NCBI RefSeq assembly: GCF_000143415.4
Contig: NW_003314362.1
Span: 248,001-312,000, forward strand
Source of the DNA: Selaginella moellendorffii
Lineage: Eukaryota > Plantae > Lycopodiophyta
DNA length: 64,000 nt
Reading direction: 5' to 3'
The translations under genes were made by a program, and so were the position numbers. This document shows, one piece after another, positions 60,296 through 64,000 of this stretch. Positions within the stretch are counted from its first letter, which is position 1; each line of letters starts with the position of its first letter. Under the pieces are notes generated by a model. It did not search any database. It was not told the origin of the DNA and saw only the letters and a program-made list of their open reading frames with translations.

Positions 60296-62820
60296 TTAAT
60301 TAATCTCCACAAATCTTTGCTCTCCGTTGGCAGCTTGATCCGAAGTTATCCAATGGATGCAGTCTATCATGTTCTGAGGGATGTCCGTCTGCAATGCACA
60401 CCGCAAGCATTTCTCTGCTTCTTGTCCGCCCTTGTACATCCCTCCAACATACAGAAAAGAGAGAACGAGCGAGTACCAGTCATCACGATACTTGTACCCC
60501 TCCTCCTCGTCAAACAGCGGTGATATGAAGAAGGGAGTCCCAACACGCTGCCTGAGCAATTCCGGGGGGTCATCCACAAAGCACGATGCATCAAAGTCGC
60601 CGAGCTTCAGCAAGCGGCCGAAAAGTAGAAAGTTATCCGGCTTGACATCCCTGTGATACACACCATTCGCATGCAAGCCGAACAGAGCTCTCTCTCCATG
60701 CTCCCACAACTGGTCATAGTTATTGGTCAGATCTCCAGCTCCGATTGGAAGTCCAAAGCCGTCAAGAGCCATCCAAGCCAGACCGTCGCCTACACCTGTG
60801 ACAGATCCGAAGTATTCCAATGCCACCATTGCCCGGACGTGAGGTAACTTGTCCACAATCTTGTGAATCTCCACTTCCCTCGAAATACTGGATTCCTTTG
60901 CAACTTTGATGACAGAGGAGCTGGAACCTTTTCGCAACACAATCGACCTGCCACCGACACCGATGACTTTAGCTTCAGTGACATTAATTTCGAAGTTGTC
61001 GTGGTGCCGGTGGAGCTGAATGGGAGCAAGTGGGATGTTTAGCCTGGAGCAGACTGTGTCTACATATCTCACCAGCAGCTTGAAGCCAGGTTCAGGTTTT
61101 AAGCTGACTACATCCTGCAATGTCGCCTGTGAGATGTTCTCAACATTTAAATGCGGAGCCACGTCAAAGAGAAGATTTTTTCGGTCCCAGCGTGGTGATG
61201 TAGGGAATTCTGGTGCCACTTTGAGTGACTCAACATCTCCGTTCTCCCTGTAAGTAAAAAGAGCAAACCACAAACGTTCAACCCTTTCGCCAAAGATCCC
61301 AAGGTGCCATGGTCGAGGATCTTTGTTATTACACTGTAGCATTTTGGCAAATCCGTGCCTGTTCCTGTCAATCCCACCAGTCGGATCGCCTTTCGCAAGC
61401 TGAAAGACGGCTTTAAGTTCGATAGGCTGAGAAGTTTTACCAGCTTGCACGCATATATCCTCGGGAGCACCTCCTTCCTTGAAGACACAAAAATCGGATT
61501 GGCCGGAAGCAGCCCCCACGCAAAATTGTAAGAGCAGAGGGTGGTAAGGAAGCTCCAAATCTATCTGACCCCTCTTTCTTGCCGCTCTCATCGCCACAAC
61601 GTTCTTCAAAGGAACCCCTCGAGCTTCAAAGAGCCTGAAATGCAAATACCGGAGCTCGGCAACCAAAGGGCGCAATGGCTCCAACAGCTCATCGATGCCA
61701 ACAATTTCCCTGGGAACGTTCCTTTTCACAACCTGTTCTTCCCACAAAGCCAACTCGGGGCATGCTTCAAAGTCCATGGTAACGTACGGAGTATTTGGTA
61801 GAGTTGTCTCGCGATTTTGCGTCTCTCGAATCGGTTGCATCCATTGCCTCTGTTTCAGGACCTCGAGTACTTTCTGCGGGGCTTCACTTTTCCTGATATG
61901 CACAAGAAATCTCTCTGGAAGTTGGATATGTGTAGGCACCCAGCGACACCACATGCAATCGTCGACCCGAAGTTGGTCGTAACCCATCTCGTTTAGCCAC
62001 TCCCAAAGTTCATCGTCATTCTGGATGTGCTCTGGAACATGCATATACGTGTTCTCCGAGGGACAAAAGACTCTACGCAACTGCTTGGAGAAACGCCGAG
62101 TGAGTTCAAGCGCCCCTTGTGCCTGAAACAAGCGAAGTAGAGCTCAAAGTGAGAAGAGAAAAAGTCACTTACGTCTAGATACTCGTCGTCAACACGCATC
62201 CGCTTGGTCGATACCATCTGAGTCATTGCTTGGAGGCTGGTTTCCGGTAGAGCCGGTGGAAGAGGAGTTTGGACGTGATTTATTCGAGGACCAGAGCCGA
62301 ATCCTTGCTGCTCCCACGGCGTTGCTTGCCGGCTGGTTTCCTGTAGAGCCGGTGGAAGAGGAGTTTGGAAATGATTTGTTCGAGGGCCAGGGACATAGCC
62401 GAATCCTTGCTGCTGCCACGGTGGGGGAGGAGGCTGGATGTCGGATCCATAGCCACTGCCCAGAACGAAACTTTGTTGCAACGGTGAGCGAGTAATACCA
62501 CTGCCAACATAGCCGGGTCCGTAACAGCCATAGCCCTCACCGTCGCTTATCTGGCCTTGCTGCTGCCATGGTGGGAGAGTAGCTTGCCGAGGCAAGCCGG
62601 ATCCACAGCCACTATCTTGTTGCAATGGAGGAACATAGCTAGGTCCATAACAGCCATAGCCCTCAACGTTGCCTATCTGGCCTTGCTGCTGCCATGGTGG
62701 GAGAATAACTTGCTGAGGCAGGACGTCACCAGATCCATAGCCATGCAACGGTGGGCGAGTAGTTTGCTGCTGCTGGACGAAACTTGATTGAGCGCCGCCG
62801 ACATAAGATCCAGGATTCAT
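60296..62820 (-). CDS. Crinkler-like protein: Q/P/G/Y repeat N-terminus, putative PD-(D/E)xK nuclease and protein kinase; 824 aa (intron 62123-62172)
   Basis: A phase-0 GTAAGT...TTTCAG intron joins the 61993-62820 and 60296-62131 ORFs. Nuclease-like GQSDFCV...PIELK; kinase motifs GVGGRSIV, VIKV, HRDVKPDN, GDFDAS, GTPFFISP, DDWYS. Confidence 0.82.
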
Positions 62821-62880
62821 GGGTCAACCCTAATGTAAATCTCGTTTAAAATATTTTTTTTAAATGTGTTCCACCATTCT

Positions 62881-64000
62881 ATGGCATTGTTTCCAGCCAC
62901 CGGTGGCATTTTGGAGCTAGAGCAGGCAGTGCAGGATCTTGAGCAGCACCAGCGCGATGCAAATCCTTCCACATACGCGCTTATGCTGGATTGGTGCGTC
63001 AGGTTGGGTGCTCTGGAAGCGGGCAAACGAATCCATCGCCATTCCGTGGAGTGTGGAATGGGCAAGAACAGGTTTGTGGAAAATCTCCTCATCAACATGT
63101 ATGGGAAGTGTGGTGCTCTGGAGGAGGCCCGGAAAATTCTTGACGGGATGGAGGATTCTAATGTTTTCTCCTGGACAATCATGCTCGCAGCTTATGCCCA
63201 GAATGGGTATCTCGACGATGGTCTTGAGTGCTTTTGCAAGATGGAGCTTGAGGGGGTGAGAGCCAACCGTGTGACAATCATCAGCGCACTGGGTTGTTGC
63301 AAGAGCTTCTCTCGAGGGCAGTGGTTTCATTCTCGGATCAAACAGGAGGGATTTTTTCCGGATGACGTGATGATCCAGAATGCTCTCGTCAGTCTCTACG
63401 GCCGATGCTGCGAGGTGGATCAAGCGAGATCTGTCTTTGATGAGATTTGTAACAAAGATTTGGTGTCCTGGACTGCCATGATCTCGGCTTTCGTCCAGAA
63501 CGGGCATCCGGATCGTGCGATGGTGTGCTTTTGGAGCATGCAAGCTGATGGGGTCAGGCCTTGCCGTGTGACTTTTATCACCATTCTCGAGGCTGTGATG
63601 GAGACGAGGGATGCGAGAGTTTGCGAGGAAATCCACCTCCAGATCATCGAGACCGGATTAGAGAAAGACGACAAGCTCCTCAACTTGCTCGTAAGATCTT
63701 ATGGAAAGTGTGGGGACATGGAAAAGATGAAAGAAAGTTTTGAAAAGCTGGACGAAAAAAACGTTGTCTCGTGGTCCGGAACGATAGCAGCGTTTTCTCA
63801 GAACGGATACTTCTGGGAGGCGATCAGGCAGCTCCAGAAAATGGATCTGGAAGGAGTCGAGGCGAACGAGGTAACTTTTGTTAGCATCTTGGATGCTTGT
63901 GCTTGGACTGATATTTCTTTTTCTTCTTTTGCTGCAGCAGGATCGAAGTTCATAATCACAATCACCGATCGCGTTCTAGGAAATGGTTTCCATCATCATC
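62881..64000 (+). CDS. PLS-class PPR protein, 3' partial (runs off the window)
   Basis: Frame read open at both ends from ATG 62881: NRFVENLLINMYGKCGALEEARKILDGMEDSNVFSWTIMLAAYAQNG and further repeats. It is missing from the ORF track because it has no stop within the window. Confidence 0.9.
   Translation, partial: MALFPATGGILELEQAVQDLEQHQRDANPSTYALMLDWCVRLGALEAGKRIHRHSVECGMGKNRFVENLLINMYGKCGALEEARKILDGMEDSNVFSWTIMLAAYAQNGYLDDGLECFCKMELEGVRANRVTIISALGCCKSFSRGQWFHSRIKQEGFFPDDVMIQNALVSLYGRCCEVDQARSVFDEICNKDLVSWTAMISAFVQNGHPDRAMVCFWSMQADGVRPCRVTFITILEAVMETRDARVCEEIHLQIIETGLEKDDKLLNLLVRSYGKCGDMEKMKESFEKLDEKNVVSWSGTIAAFSQNGYFWEAIRQLQKMDLEGVEANEVTFVSILDACAWTDISFSSFAAAGSKFIITITDRVLGNGFHHH

Noticed and set aside
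62660-62700. GQIG as a true RHIM or fungal PP amyloid motif
   Set aside because: It lacks the hydrophobic residue before Q, and the second repeat reads GQIS. Only the general prion-like composition is claimed.

Overview
Compact, intron-containing land-plant genomic DNA. Tiny introns, very short intergenic spacers and many PLS-class PPR genes and remnants suggest a lycophyte such as Selaginella; this is an inference. Layout: (1) 156-7678, a complete non-coding LTR retroelement with 1.7 kb LTRs, a tRNA-iMet PBS and a TGGAC target-site duplication; its empty site is visible in a duplicate at ~18410. (2) ~7.7-23.6 kb and ~42-50 kb, scrambled direct and inverted copies of gene fragments (YbeY, START-like, F-box, PPR, kinase, Crinkler-type NTPase) plus a 10-copy B-box repeat. 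(3) Apparently intact housekeeping genes: HAD hydrolase, uL18-like, P-class PPR, MSD1-like, GNAT, PLS-DYW PPR, YbeY-HAD, class III peroxidase, tRNA-Leu(UAG), GULLO-like oxidase and an unknown plastid-targeted protein. Three items stand out: an intact, intronless isocyanide synthase (DIT1/PvcA family, otherwise fungal and bacterial) at 39561-41108; an intact Crinkler-like PD-(D/E)xK nuclease plus kinase gene with a spliced Q/G/P/Y-rich repeat N-terminus at 60296-62820; and a chain of ~20 hairpins with T-loop motifs and compensatory changes inside the LTR element. All family calls come from motif recognition by eye; no searches were run.
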